IMG/VR virus record: IMGVR_UViG_2529292919_000027
Strand: one strand, 5' to 3'
Origin: a virus
Taxonomy: Duplodnaviria > Heunggongvirae > Uroviricota > Caudoviricetes
DNA: 27,610 nucleotides
Shown here: positions 8,222 to 16,874 of the stretch, piece by piece
How positions within the stretch are numbered: the first letter of the stretch is position 1
Layout of the letters: the number at the start of each line of letters is the position of its first letter
Notes under the pieces: generated by a model
Database searches by the model: none
Told to the model about the DNA's origin: nothing
What the model saw: the letters and a program-made list of their open reading frames with translations, nothing else
Made by a program: the position numbers and the translations under genes

Positions 8222-9378
8222 ATAGTTTAACGGCAAATAACCGTTTGTCGCAACAGCTGGTGGTCAGCGTCGCTGAACACCTGTTGTTACGGCATGAATG
8301 CAGATTACCAAATCACCTGGCTGTAAGTAACCACAGAGAACTTTACCTGACTGTGGGGGGCGAGTTGTGCAGGAACTTAACCGCTGGTTTCGTGACGGAA
8401 GAGGGCTTTATGTCCATGTTATTCGTTGGGAGCCAGAAACACAGCGCGTTATCTATCTTCGCAAAGACTACCCGCATGAGTGCTTTAGTCCTTTGTGGAA
8501 ATTCAGGCGTGATTTTGTTGAGTGTGAAGGACCACCAGCATATTGATTCTGCAATTCCGGGACGTTACACTGCTCAGGCACCTTATAAAGCGGGTGCCGG
8601 GATTGGCGTCCTGAAATTGTCAACGGCGATGTATGACGCGCCAGCGTCTTTTTTATCGTCCGCATTTGCTCACATCCAGATTATGGTGGGCTGGGCGGGG
8701 GCACCGAAAGGTGCGCCGGTCTCCGTTGACGCCGGTTACGCCAACCCCGTCCAGTTCACCACCAGTGAAATTGGCGTTTCCGGTGGTGGAAGTTTTTCAC
8801 TGTCAACGGAGGCTGCCATCATGGCTACGATCCCAGCCCTCACTCAACCTGAAATCACCATTGACAACGGCCAGGCCGTTACCACTTCTTTGGCTGTTGC
8901 CAACTTCTTCTCCAAGCGTCACGACGATGTGCTGAAAAAGATCCGCACTCTGGATTGTTCCCCAGAGTTTTGTGCCCGCAATTTTGCGGAGACATCGATT
9001 TCGGTAAATCAACCGAACGGTGGTACACGCAAGCTCCCTTGCTATCAAATCACACGAGACGGTTTTGCGTTTCTTGCTATGGGTTTCACGGGTAAACGTG
9101 CTGCCCGGTTCAAAGAGGCATACATAAATGCCTTTAACCAGATGGAGAAACAGCTTTCAAAGCCCGCTGTACCGAGCGACGTTGCACATAACGCCAGCGT
9201 TCTCTGTTCCTACATTTCATCAATTCATCAGGTCTGGCTGCAGCAGCTTTATCCTATGTTGGCAAAAGCCGAATCTCCGCTGGCTGTTAGCTTATATGAC
9301 TATATTAATGATGCTTCGGCGCTGGCCAGTCTCATAAATTTGTCGCTGAACCCTTCAGAGGTAAGGGGGCGCAAATGA
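8218..9378 (+). CDS. Rha-family regulatory protein with about 200-aa N-terminal extension
   Basis: Rha-type motif block (NGQAVTTSLAVANFFSKRHDDVLKKIR...FKEAYINAFNQME) begins at internal ATG 8821 (GGAGG RBS); frame open from ATG 8218 which overlaps upstream stop. Confidence 0.55.
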   Translation: MNSLTANNRLSQQLVVSVAEHLLLRHECRLPNHLAVSNHRELYLTVGGELCRNLTAGFVTEEGFMSMLFVGSQKHSALSIFAKTTRMSALVLCGNSGVILLSVKDHQHIDSAIPGRYTAQAPYKAGAGIGVLKLSTAMYDAPASFLSSAFAHIQIMVGWAGAPKGAPVSVDAGYANPVQFTTSEIGVSGGGSFSLSTEAAIMATIPALTQPEITIDNGQAVTTSLAVANFFSKRHDDVLKKIRTLDCSPEFCARNFAETSISVNQPNGGTRKLPCYQITRDGFAFLAMGFTGKRAARFKEAYINAFNQMEKQLSKPAVPSDVAHNASVLCSYISSIHQVWLQQLYPMLAKAESPLAVSLYDYINDASALASLINLSLNPSEVRGRK

Positions 9379-9599
9379 TCCGGAATATTTTCAAACGGTT
9401 TACCAATCATACTTTCCGTTGTCCTCGTCCGGGTCAGTGGTACACCACGCCTGCTGGGCATGTTCTACGTGTTAGCCTGGTTGACCGTGAATGTCAGAAG
9501 GTGGTTTGTGAACCGCTGGGCCGTAATTACCGCGTCAGTATGCCGCTTATAGCCTTTTGCTCCGGAAAAATGTTTAAGCGTCTGGGAGGTGTGGCGTGA
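9375..9599 (+). CDS. hypothetical small phage protein
   Basis: 74-aa ORF with ATGA overlap to upstream gene. Confidence 0.4.
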   Translation: MIRNIFKRFTNHTFRCPRPGQWYTTPAGHVLRVSLVDRECQKVVCEPLGRNYRVSMPLIAFCSGKMFKRLGGVA

Positions 9600-9895
9600 A
9601 CTGTTTTCAGTTTGTGTGCGGATGTGCTTTCGATAACCCGATTCAGCGCCTAATTATGTTGCGTGTTTTGATGTCGGGTTCTTCAGACGGTGAAGGCGAG
9701 AGAGTTATTGATCATCAGGTGCTTGCTGATTTCTGCTGTTGTTCTAAGCAAGCGATATTCAGGGAAACCCTGGCACTGGAAAGAGCTGGTTATCTTCATA
9801 TCCGAAAAATTGCAACGCTTACTATTGATGCAAAAGCCAGACTACAACCTGCGCGTGGCTACACAATTCTCATGCTGCGGAAGGAGGTTGTATGA
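9596..9895 (+). CDS. hypothetical protein, possible winged-helix DNA-binding
   Basis: 99-aa ORF, GTG start overlapping upstream stop, coupled to replication gene. Confidence 0.4.
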   Translation: MNCFQFVCGCAFDNPIQRLIMLRVLMSGSSDGEGERVIDHQVLADFCCCSKQAIFRETLALERAGYLHIRKIATLTIDAKARLQPARGYTILMLRKEVV

Positions 9896-10875
9896 GCCGT
9901 TACGCCCCCACACCGGAAGTTATGGCTATTGGTCAAATTAATATTTCCGGCAATGTTACACCTGCGACCTGGTGGAAATATATTCGACTACCCAGTGGGC
10001 GTCCGGATGCGACGGCTATCGCTCTGCTTTCAGAGATCGTTTACTGGTACCGCCCGACAGAGGTCAGGGATGAGCACACCGGAGCGTTGCTGGGATATCG
10101 CAAGCGTTTTCAGGGCGACAAACTGCAAAGAAGCTACCAGGCGTTTGCTGAGCAGTTTGGTTTCGGGAAAAGGGAAACCGCAGATGCGCTGAAGCGTCTG
10201 CGCGATGCAGGGTTTATTACTCTGGATTTACGCACGGTGGAAATGCTCGATGGGGTGAAATGCAGCAATATTTTGTTTGTCGGGATCAACCCACAGGCAA
10301 TTGCGGCCATCACCACACCTTCTTCTGTTTCGCCAGAAAGTAACAGCAATAATGCAATCAGCGATACAGCTATTACGTTAAAACGGAACACCCCCCGACG
10401 TCATAACGGAACAGGGGATACGCCGAATGTTGATACAAATACAGAGATTACTACAGAGATTACAACGGAGACTAAAAACACTATTGGCGCATCCGCTGAC
10501 GCGTCTGCACCAGCGCGTTCTGCCAGACAGGAATATTCACCGGAATTTGAACAGGCCTGGCAGGAATATCCCAAACGTGCTGGTGGTAATTCAAAATCCG
10601 CCGCTTTTAAAGCCTGGAAAGCCCGAATCAGGGAAGGTGTGACACCCGAAACCATGCTCGACGGTGTGAAACGCTATGCCGCCTGGGTGCGTGTCTCTGG
10701 AAATACCGGTACCCAGTTCGTGAAGCAGGCGTCGACGTTCTTTGGTCCGGATCGTCATTTCGAAGAATCCTGGGAAGTTCCTGCGGTATCTGCAGCCAGA
10801 CGCGAGGACCCGTACTTCAAAGCCAGTTACGACAACGTGGACTACAGCCAGATCCCGGAAGGATTCAGGGGGTGA
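9892..10875 (+). CDS. replication initiation/replisome organiser protein (Phg_2220_C-type C-terminus)
   Basis: C-terminal EFEQAWQEYPKRAGGNSKSAAFKAWKARI... matches the conserved phage replication C-terminus; internal tandem repeat in linker. Confidence 0.65.
   Translation: MSRYAPTPEVMAIGQINISGNVTPATWWKYIRLPSGRPDATAIALLSEIVYWYRPTEVRDEHTGALLGYRKRFQGDKLQRSYQAFAEQFGFGKRETADALKRLRDAGFITLDLRTVEMLDGVKCSNILFVGINPQAIAAITTPSSVSPESNSNNAISDTAITLKRNTPRRHNGTGDTPNVDTNTEITTEITTETKNTIGASADASAPARSARQEYSPEFEQAWQEYPKRAGGNSKSAAFKAWKARIREGVTPETMLDGVKRYAAWVRVSGNTGTQFVKQASTFFGPDRHFEESWEVPAVSAARREDPYFKASYDNVDYSQIPEGFRG
10441..10476. repeat. three tandem 12-bp repeats inside the replication gene (candidate ori iterons)
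   Basis: acagagattact / acagagattaca / acggagactaaa, encoding TEITTEITTETK in the inter-domain linker. Confidence 0.4.
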
Positions 10876-10877
10876 TC

Positions 10878-10970
10878 ATGAGTCTTTTGAATGAAGTTCA
10901 GAAATTCATTGAAGCCCATCCGGGGTGTACTTCCGGAGACATTGCGGATGCTTTTTACGTGGGGGCTTAA
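10878..10970 (+). CDS. possible 30-aa ORF coupled to the methyltransferase
   Basis: ATG after AGGGGG, stop TAA overlapping MTase ATG (taATG); too short to be certain. Confidence 0.2.
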   Translation: MSLLNEVQKFIEAHPGCTSGDIADAFYVGA

Positions 10971-11623
10971 TGAGTAATAAATATTGCCAGGCGCTGGTAG
11001 AACTGCGGAACAAACCAGCCCATGAACTGAAGGAAGTGGGCGATCAGTGGCGCACGCCGGACAACATTTTCTGGGGAATTAACACCTTGTTTGGTCCGTT
11101 TGTTCTGGATCTGTTCACTGACGGTGATAACGCCAAATGTGCCGCGTATTACACGGCGGAAGACAACGCGCTGGCGCATGACTGGTCAGAACGTCTTGCG
11201 GAGCTTAAAGGTGCTGCCTTTGGTAATCCCCCATACAGCCGCGCCAGTCAGCATGAGGGGCAATACATCACCGGCATGCGTTACATCATGAAACATGCCA
11301 GTGCCATGCGTGATAAGGGCGGGCGCTATGTTTTCCTGATCAAAGCGGCCACCAGCGAAGTGTGGTGGCCGGAAGATGCAGATCATATTGCTTTTATTCG
11401 CGGGCGTATTGGTTTTGAACTGCCAGCCTGGTTTATCCCGAAAGACGAAAAGCAGGTGCCAACAGGTGCTTTCTTCGCTGGTGCTATTGCTGTTTTCGAC
11501 AAGACCTGGAAGGGAGCGGCAATCAGCTACATCGGGCGCGATGAACTTGAGGCATGTGGTGAGGCGTTTCTGGCGCAGGTTCGCCAGCAGGCGGAAAAAC
11601 TGGTCAGGGAGATGGCGGCATGA
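10970..11623 (+). CDS. phage N6-adenine DNA methyltransferase (Dam-like, orphan)
   Basis: DQWRTPD and FGNPPYS motifs; no adjacent restriction endonuclease. Confidence 0.75.
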   Translation: MSNKYCQALVELRNKPAHELKEVGDQWRTPDNIFWGINTLFGPFVLDLFTDGDNAKCAAYYTAEDNALAHDWSERLAELKGAAFGNPPYSRASQHEGQYITGMRYIMKHASAMRDKGGRYVFLIKAATSEVWWPEDADHIAFIRGRIGFELPAWFIPKDEKQVPTGAFFAGAIAVFDKTWKGAAISYIGRDELEACGEAFLAQVRQQAEKLVREMAA

Positions 11624-11946
11624 CGACATTAACTCAATGCCAGCAGCAGGTGCTGGATATGCTGATTTCTTATCAGAAAGAACGTGGCTTCCCGCCAACC
11701 AATCAGGAGGTGGCAACCATGCTGGGATACCGTTCGGTGAATGCAGCGGTGGAGCATCTTCGCGCACTGGAGAAAAAAGGTGTCATCACGATAAAGCGTG
11801 GCGTGGCCCGGGGTATCACTCTTCATACCGCGGTGAAGGACGACGACAGCGAGGCGGTCGGGATTATCCGCGCCCTGCTTGCCGGTGAGGCAAACGCCAG
11901 GCTGCGTGCAGCCCACTGGTTACATGAGAGGGGCCTGAAAGTATGA
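11620..11946 (+). CDS. LexA N-terminal DNA-binding domain protein (no peptidase domain)
   Basis: Sequence closely parallels LexA residues 1-70 (QQ.VLD.I......G.PPT..E.A..LG.RS.NAA.EHL.AL..KGVI); 108 aa, lacks S24 domain. Confidence 0.6.
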   Translation: MTTLTQCQQQVLDMLISYQKERGFPPTNQEVATMLGYRSVNAAVEHLRALEKKGVITIKRGVARGITLHTAVKDDDSEAVGIIRALLAGEANARLRAAHWLHERGLKV

Positions 11947-12332
11947 AGCTAATACTGCCTTTTCCGCCCAGCGTGAACACGTACTGGCGACACCCCAACA
12001 AAGGGGCGTTTGCTGGTAAGAGCCTGATAAGCGCGGCGGGGCGAAAATTTCAGAGCGCGGCGTGCGCAGCAATAGTTGAACAGTTACGTCGTCTGCCGAA
12101 ACCAACGTCGGCACCTGCTTCAGTGGAGATCGTGTTGTTTCCTCCGGATAACAGGATCCGCGATCTGGACAACTATAACAAGGCGCTGTTTGACGCCCTG
12201 ACCCACGCGGGGGTGTGGGAAGACGACAGTCAGGTGAAAAGAATGCTGGTGGAGTGGGGACCGGTTATCCCGGAAGGGAAGGTCGAGATCACTATCAGTA
12301 AGTACGAGAAAACGGCGGGTGCAGCTGCCTGA
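11943..12332 (+). CDS. rusA: RusA Holliday junction resolvase
   Basis: Recalled RusA family sequence (MKLILPFPPSVNTYWR...DLDNYNKALFDALTHAGVWEDD). Confidence 0.85.
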   Translation: MKLILPFPPSVNTYWRHPNKGAFAGKSLISAAGRKFQSAACAAIVEQLRRLPKPTSAPASVEIVLFPPDNRIRDLDNYNKALFDALTHAGVWEDDSQVKRMLVEWGPVIPEGKVEITISKYEKTAGAAA

Positions 12333-12351
12333 TTAAGAGGAGAAACGAAGT

Positions 12352-13161
12352 ATGAATAATCTGATGGTCATTGATGGTATTGAAGTTCGTCGTGATGCTT
12401 ATGGGCGTTACAGCCTGAACGATCTGCATCGCGCAGCAGTAGCATCTGGTGCAAATGCCAGAACCAAGGAGCCAGGAAAGTTTCTTTCCAGCCAACAAAC
12501 TGTTGAGCTTGTTCATGAATTAACCAACACCCAGAATTTGGGTGTTGACCCGGTGAGTGTGATTCATGGGGGAAATGAACGGGGAACGTATGTCTGTAAG
12601 GAACTGGTGTATGCCTATGCAATGTGGATCAGCCCGTCATTCCATCTGAAGGTGATCCGTACTTTCGATATGGTAACCAGCGCGCCGGAAAAGTTATCCG
12701 GACAGGCTGCTGACAAGATGCAGGCTGGCGTGATCCTGCTGGACTTTATGCGCCGGGAGTTAAATCTGTCTAACTCTTCAGTGCTTGGTGCCTGTCAGAA
12801 ACTCCAGGAGGCTGTTGGCTTACCGAATCTGGCACCGCGCTATGCCATTGATGCTCCTGCTGACGCGCCTGATGGCTCAAGCCGCCCGACACTGTCACTG
12901 AGTGCACTGCTGAAGCAGTATGGTATCCGCCTGACAGCTAATCAGGCATATCACCAGATGGCGAAGCTGGGGATCGTTGAACAACGTGAACGATACAGCC
13001 GTACCGCGATTAACAACATCAAAAAATTCTGGTCGCTGACGGCGAAAGGCTGCATGTTCGGCAAGAACATCACCAGTCCCGCAAATCCGCGCGAGACGCA
13101 GCCGCATTTCTTCGAATCCCGATTCCCTGAGCTGTTAAAGCTACTCGATACCGTTCATTGA
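12352..13161 (+). CDS. KilA-N domain protein
   Basis: N-terminal IDGIEVRRDAYGRYSLNDLHRAA motif characteristic of KilA-N. Confidence 0.65.
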   Translation: MNNLMVIDGIEVRRDAYGRYSLNDLHRAAVASGANARTKEPGKFLSSQQTVELVHELTNTQNLGVDPVSVIHGGNERGTYVCKELVYAYAMWISPSFHLKVIRTFDMVTSAPEKLSGQAADKMQAGVILLDFMRRELNLSNSSVLGACQKLQEAVGLPNLAPRYAIDAPADAPDGSSRPTLSLSALLKQYGIRLTANQAYHQMAKLGIVEQRERYSRTAINNIKKFWSLTAKGCMFGKNITSPANPRETQPHFFESRFPELLKLLDTVH

Positions 13162-13162
13162 G

Positions 13163-14158
13163 GTGACCGTGAGAGCACTACTGACCCCTGAAATTGCCCC
13201 GCGTATGGGGATCGTATTGTTCAGGCCAGGTTCAGAGCTGATGCCCCTGTTTATGCAGGGGCGTGTCCTGCTGGAGCCAGAGCCGGAACGTTATTCATCT
13301 TTCGCCAGTGGTGCCGTTCCGGCGGCATCACAACCGCTGGCGGATGATCCTGCCGTTCGGACCGTGTTCCGCAATGAGGCAGTGATCCGTCGTGCTGGTG
13401 GCGTGGAATGTCTTGAAAGCTGGTTACTTCGTGAAAAAGGTTGCCAGTGGCCTCATTCCGACTGGCACAGCGAGAACATGACCACAATGCGACACACGCC
13501 GGGCGCAATCCGTCTGTGCTGGCACTGCGATAACCAGCTGCGCGATCAGTTCACGGAACGGCTGGAATCAATGGCAACGGATAACTGTACCCGCTGGGTG
13601 TTGTCTGTTGTGCGTCGGGATCTCGGTTTTGATGACAGTCACGTTGTGACAATGCCGGAACTGTGCTGGTGGCTGATTCGTAATGACCTGGCGGATGCCT
13701 TACCGGAAAGTGCAGCCCGTAAGGCACTGAGATTACCGAAGCCTGTTGTGCCGTCTGTCACCCGGGAAAGTGACCTTGTGCCTTCGGTTCCTGCCACCAG
13801 CATCATCCAGGATAAAGCGAAAAAGGTGCTGGCGCTGAAAGTGGATCCGGAGTCGCCGGAGTCTTTTATGTTACGCCCAAAACGTCGCCGCTGGGTTAAT
13901 GAAAAGTACACGCGCTGGGTTAAGACACAGCCGTGTGCATGTTGTGGAAAGCCCGCTGATGATCCCCACCACCTGATAGGCCACGGTCAGTGTGGAATGG
14001 GTACAAAAGCGCATGACCTTTTTGTGTTGCCTTTGTGCAGAAAGCATCACGACGAGCTGCATGCGGATACCGTGGCATTTGAAGAGAAGTATGGCTCTCA
14101 GCTGGAGCTGATATTTCGTTTTATCGATCGTGCGCTGGCAATTGGCGTACTGGCGTAA
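13163..14158 (+). CDS. DUF968 domain protein (YdfU-like)
   Basis: C-terminal CACCGKPADDPHHL...PLCRKHHDELH motif; GTG start. Confidence 0.55.
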   Translation: MTVRALLTPEIAPRMGIVLFRPGSELMPLFMQGRVLLEPEPERYSSFASGAVPAASQPLADDPAVRTVFRNEAVIRRAGGVECLESWLLREKGCQWPHSDWHSENMTTMRHTPGAIRLCWHCDNQLRDQFTERLESMATDNCTRWVLSVVRRDLGFDDSHVVTMPELCWWLIRNDLADALPESAARKALRLPKPVVPSVTRESDLVPSVPATSIIQDKAKKVLALKVDPESPESFMLRPKRRRWVNEKYTRWVKTQPCACCGKPADDPHHLIGHGQCGMGTKAHDLFVLPLCRKHHDELHADTVAFEEKYGSQLELIFRFIDRALAIGVLA

Positions 14159-14171
14159 GTGGAGAACGAGC

Positions 14172-14924
14172 ATGAACCTTGAAGCCTTACCGAAATATTA
14201 CTCCCCGAAATCTCCAAAACTGAGCGATGACGCACCGGCGACAGGCTCTGGTGGTTTAACAATTACGGATGTGATGGCTGCGCAGGGGATGGTGCAGTCA
14301 AAAGCACCGCTTGGGTTTGCTTTATTCCTGGCAAAAGTTGGTGTTCAGGATCCTCAGTTTGCGATTGAAGGTCTGCTCAATTACGCGATGGCACTGGATA
14401 ACCCGACATTGAATAAATTGAGTGAAGAAACCCGGCTACAGATCATTCCTTACCTTGTGAATTTTGCCTTTGCTGATTATTCCAGGTCTGCGGCAAGTAA
14501 GGCTCGCTGTGAGCATTGTGCTGGTACTGGATTTCATAATGTATTGCGCGAGGTGGTGAAACACTCCAGAAGCGGGGAATCTGTTATTAAGGAAGAGTGG
14601 GTGAAGGAACTATGTCAGCATTGTCATGGTAAGGGAGAAGTCAGCACAGCATGCAGAGGGTGCAAGGGTAAAGGTATTGTCCTGGATGAAAAAAGAACCC
14701 GGCTTCATGGCACGCCTGTTTATAAGGTTTGTGGGCGTTGCAATGGAAACCGGTTTAGCCGTTTACCAACCACACTGGCGCGGCTTCATGTCCAGAAGCT
14801 GGTACCAGACCTGACGGATTATCAGTGGTACAAAGGATATGCAGATGTCATTGATAAACTGGTTACAAAGTGCTGGCAGGAAGAAGCATATGCAGAGATA
14901 CAATTGAGAAAGGTGACAAGATAA
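14172..14924 (+). CDS. antitermination protein Q-like (long Q family)
   Basis: Multiple CxxC zinc motifs (CEHCAGTG, CQHCHGKG, CRGCKGKG, CGRCNGNR); last nin-region gene before terminators and late genes. Confidence 0.6.
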   Translation: MNLEALPKYYSPKSPKLSDDAPATGSGGLTITDVMAAQGMVQSKAPLGFALFLAKVGVQDPQFAIEGLLNYAMALDNPTLNKLSEETRLQIIPYLVNFAFADYSRSAASKARCEHCAGTGFHNVLREVVKHSRSGESVIKEEWVKELCQHCHGKGEVSTACRGCKGKGIVLDEKRTRLHGTPVYKVCGRCNGNRFSRLPTTLARLHVQKLVPDLTDYQWYKGYADVIDKLVTKCWQEEAYAEIQLRKVTR

Positions 14925-14955
14925 ATGGTTTTCGCCGAAGATGACGACATGATGC

Positions 14956-14984
14956 TTGCATTTTTCAAAAAATATGGATAAGAT
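14956..14984 (+). promoter_or_regulatory. candidate late promoter (pR'-like)
   Basis: TTGCAT - 17 nt - TAAGAT upstream of the first terminator; weak consensus match, position-based. Confidence 0.2.
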
Positions 14985-15029
14985 TTTCCCAACGATGGGC
15001 TTTGTATGTCTACCGTTGATAAGATTTAA

Positions 15030-15058
15030 GAACCCGCCGATGCGCGGGTTTTTTTGTA
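15030..15058 (+). terminator. intrinsic terminator (tR'-like) downstream of Q
   Basis: cccgc cgatgc gcggg hairpin followed by T8. Confidence 0.6.
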
Positions 15059-15234
15059 CCCAGAATCCTGTGAGCTATACGGAAAGTACACAGAAAGGAA
15101 GGTGCGACCACAATTAATAACAAAATCTTAAAAATTGCACATGGCACTATTAGTTTTCTAAATATTGTGTATTTTTTGTATTGCAGGATGACCCTGTAAC
15201 GAAGTTTGCGTAACAGCATTTTGCTCTACGAGTT

Positions 15235-15266
15235 TGCCAGCCTCCCCCAGTGGCTGGCTTTTTTAT
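15235..15266 (+). terminator. second intrinsic terminator downstream of Q
   Basis: gccagcc ... ggctggc stem followed by T6. Confidence 0.55.
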
Positions 15267-15386
15267 GTCTGTAGCGTCAAAGCAGCAATGTCGCTGGGGC
15301 GTCGTGCAATTGGCGTTGAGCTGGAGACTGAACGTTTTGAGCAGACGGTCAGGGAAGTTCAGGATTTAGTCAGTCAGAACGGATGA
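15267..15386 (+). pseudogene. 3' remnant of a DNA methyltransferase gene
   Basis: Frame reads ...KAAMSLGRRAIGVELETERFEQTVREVQDLV, resembling MTase C-terminal motif; no 5' part or start present. Confidence 0.3.
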
Positions 15387-15426
15387 TATTGCAGAATTAG
15401 TTACGTACCGTTATTATCCTGCGCCC

Positions 15427-15502
15427 GGCCCTTTAGCTCAGTGGTGAGAGCGAGCGACTCATAATCGCCAGGTCGCTGGTTCAAATCCAGCAAGGGCCAC
15501 CA
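15427..15502 (+). tRNA. tRNA-Ile2 (anticodon CAU; Met-type anticodon, ileX/ileZ-like)
   Basis: Cloverleaf by eye: acceptor ggccctt/aagggcc, D-arm gctcagtggtgagagc, anticodon loop ctCATaa, T-arm ggttcaaatcc, CCA end; near-identical to E. coli ileX as recalled. Confidence 0.8.
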
Positions 15503-15509
15503 TCACATA

Positions 15510-15586
15510 CCGCCATTAGCTCATCGGGATAGAGCGTCAGCCTTCGAAGCTGGCTGTGCGGGGTTCAAGTCCCCGATGGCGGTCCA
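15510..15586 (+). tRNA. tRNA-Arg (anticodon UCG)
   Basis: Acceptor ccgccat/atggcgg, anticodon loop ctTCGaa, T-arm ggttcaagtcc, CCA end. Confidence 0.75.
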
Positions 15587-15599
15587 TTATCAGCATCAT

Positions 15600-15676
15600 G
15601 CGTTGTTAGCTCAGTCGGACAGAGCAATTGCCTTCTAAGCAATCGGTCACTGGTTCGAATCCAGTACAACGCGCCA
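15600..15676 (+). tRNA. tRNA-Arg (anticodon UCU)
   Basis: Acceptor gcgttgt/acaacgc, anticodon loop ctTCTaa, T-arm ggttcgaatcc, CCA end. Confidence 0.75.
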
Positions 15677-15687
15677 TATTTATTTAC

Positions 15688-15716
15688 TTGGCTCGCTTTT
15701 GCGGGCCTTTTTTTGT
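15688..15716 (+). terminator. intrinsic terminator after tRNA cluster
   Basis: ggctcgc ttt gcgggcc followed by T7. Confidence 0.5.
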
Positions 15717-15766
15717 ATCTGCGTTACACCATTAACTAATAAATCGAGTGCTTATCAGGAGGCTAT

Positions 15767-15991
15767 GTGAAAAAACTGATGGTGACGATTGGTCCGTTCG
15801 AAACAGAAGTTAGTTTTCGTGTTGTTCAGGGGGAGAGTGTACTTGTTGAAGATGTATTTCATGGAAAATCAACAGGTCCTTATGTAAAAGAATATCTTAT
15901 CGACGCCACGGATGAAAATATTGAGGTGGTGTACGATTCCGTCAATCACCCTGATTTGATCATTAAGGCAAAATTGAAGCCACTTTATTGA
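15767..15991 (+). CDS. small acidic hypothetical protein (74 aa), cargo
   Basis: GTG start 4 nt after AGGAGG; no recognisable family. Confidence 0.5.
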   Translation: MKKLMVTIGPFETEVSFRVVQGESVLVEDVFHGKSTGPYVKEYLIDATDENIEVVYDSVNHPDLIIKAKLKPLY

Positions 15992-16043
15992 TCTGACCGG
16001 GAGCAATCATAAAATATCTCTGGGTACCCACAAGGAGATAAAT

Positions 16044-16253
16044 ATGTTTGTTTCTGAAGTGTTAATGGAAGATAAGGACAACAAAGGATGGGTTAAAGGT
16101 TGGGCTGTGGTAAGAAGCTCGCCCTGGCATCTTGTTGGGGTTTTTGCGACAGAGGAAGACGCAGAAACGGAAGCAAGAAAGATGGGAGATAAGTACGAGG
16201 TTCACTATGGCTCGCATCGAACAGGAAGTGATGATTTTGTCTGGGGGGAGTAA
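16044..16253 (+). CDS. small acidic Trp-rich hypothetical protein (69 aa), cargo
   Basis: ATG 8 nt after AAGGAG; co-transcribed with upstream small ORF. Confidence 0.5.
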   Translation: MFVSEVLMEDKDNKGWVKGWAVVRSSPWHLVGVFATEEDAETEARKMGDKYEVHYGSHRTGSDDFVWGE

Positions 16254-16285
16254 CAGTCGTTTAACCCCAGAATAATCCCGTAACT

Positions 16286-16312
16286 GAGGTCGCTATTGGC
16301 GGCCTTTTTTGT
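16286..16312 (+). terminator. intrinsic terminator after the two small cargo genes
   Basis: ggtcgc tatt gcggcc (one G-U) followed by T6; downstream motif ttttttgtatc.gcg shared with the tRNA terminator. Confidence 0.4.
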
Positions 16313-16442
16313 ATCCGCGCCACGCCCGGCGCATATCAACCACAGAGCCTTTCGGGGGTGAGCTTACGGAGTGGTCAGTGTGACTTTCTCTGTGGGCAGA
16401 TCGCTCCCGGGCGTTGGCTCACCCACCCAAAGGAACGTCACG

Positions 16443-16874
16443 ATGTTTGGTATTTTTGGTAAAAAAGCCCGCCGAGCGGCAGTGGAAATTAAAAAGTTTG
16501 AGAAACGTGATCTGGCACAGGCGGTTATTAATGCTGCCTATCTGGTGGCCTATGCAGATGGTGAATGTGAGGCTTCAGAGAAAGCGAAGATCGAGCAGAT
16601 CTTGCGTAACCAGCCTGCGTTGTCCGCGTTTACGTCAGAAATTAATGCGATTAGCGCAACCATTATCGGTCAGCTGGATACGAACTTTAAAATTGGTCGT
16701 CGAGCGGCATTGCGTGAAATTGAAGATGTGAAACACGATACGCGTGAAGCGGAAGATGTGCTGGATGTGGCGGTGGCCATTGCGGAGGCAGACGGCGAAA
16801 TTGAGCCGGAAGAGCGCAAGGTGCTGGAAGAGATTGCCGGTGTTCTGGGTCTTCGTCTGGAGAATCACCAGTGA
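16443..16874 (+). CDS. TerB-family (tellurite-resistance TerB-like) protein
   Basis: Two TerB-type repeats (AAYLVAYADGECEASEKAKIEQIL and VLDVAVAIAEADGEIEPEERKVLEEIAGVLG) parallel to E. coli TerB; ATG with AAGGA RBS. Confidence 0.6.
   Translation: MFGIFGKKARRAAVEIKKFEKRDLAQAVINAAYLVAYADGECEASEKAKIEQILRNQPALSAFTSEINAISATIIGQLDTNFKIGRRAALREIEDVKHDTREAEDVLDVAVAIAEADGEIEPEERKVLEEIAGVLGLRLENHQ

Noticed and set aside
8367-8543. Alternative-frame small ORF (GTG start, about 58 aa) inside the N-terminal half of the Rha-family ORF
   Set aside because: The main frame is open for 200 codons and translationally coupled to the upstream gene, making it the more likely coding frame.
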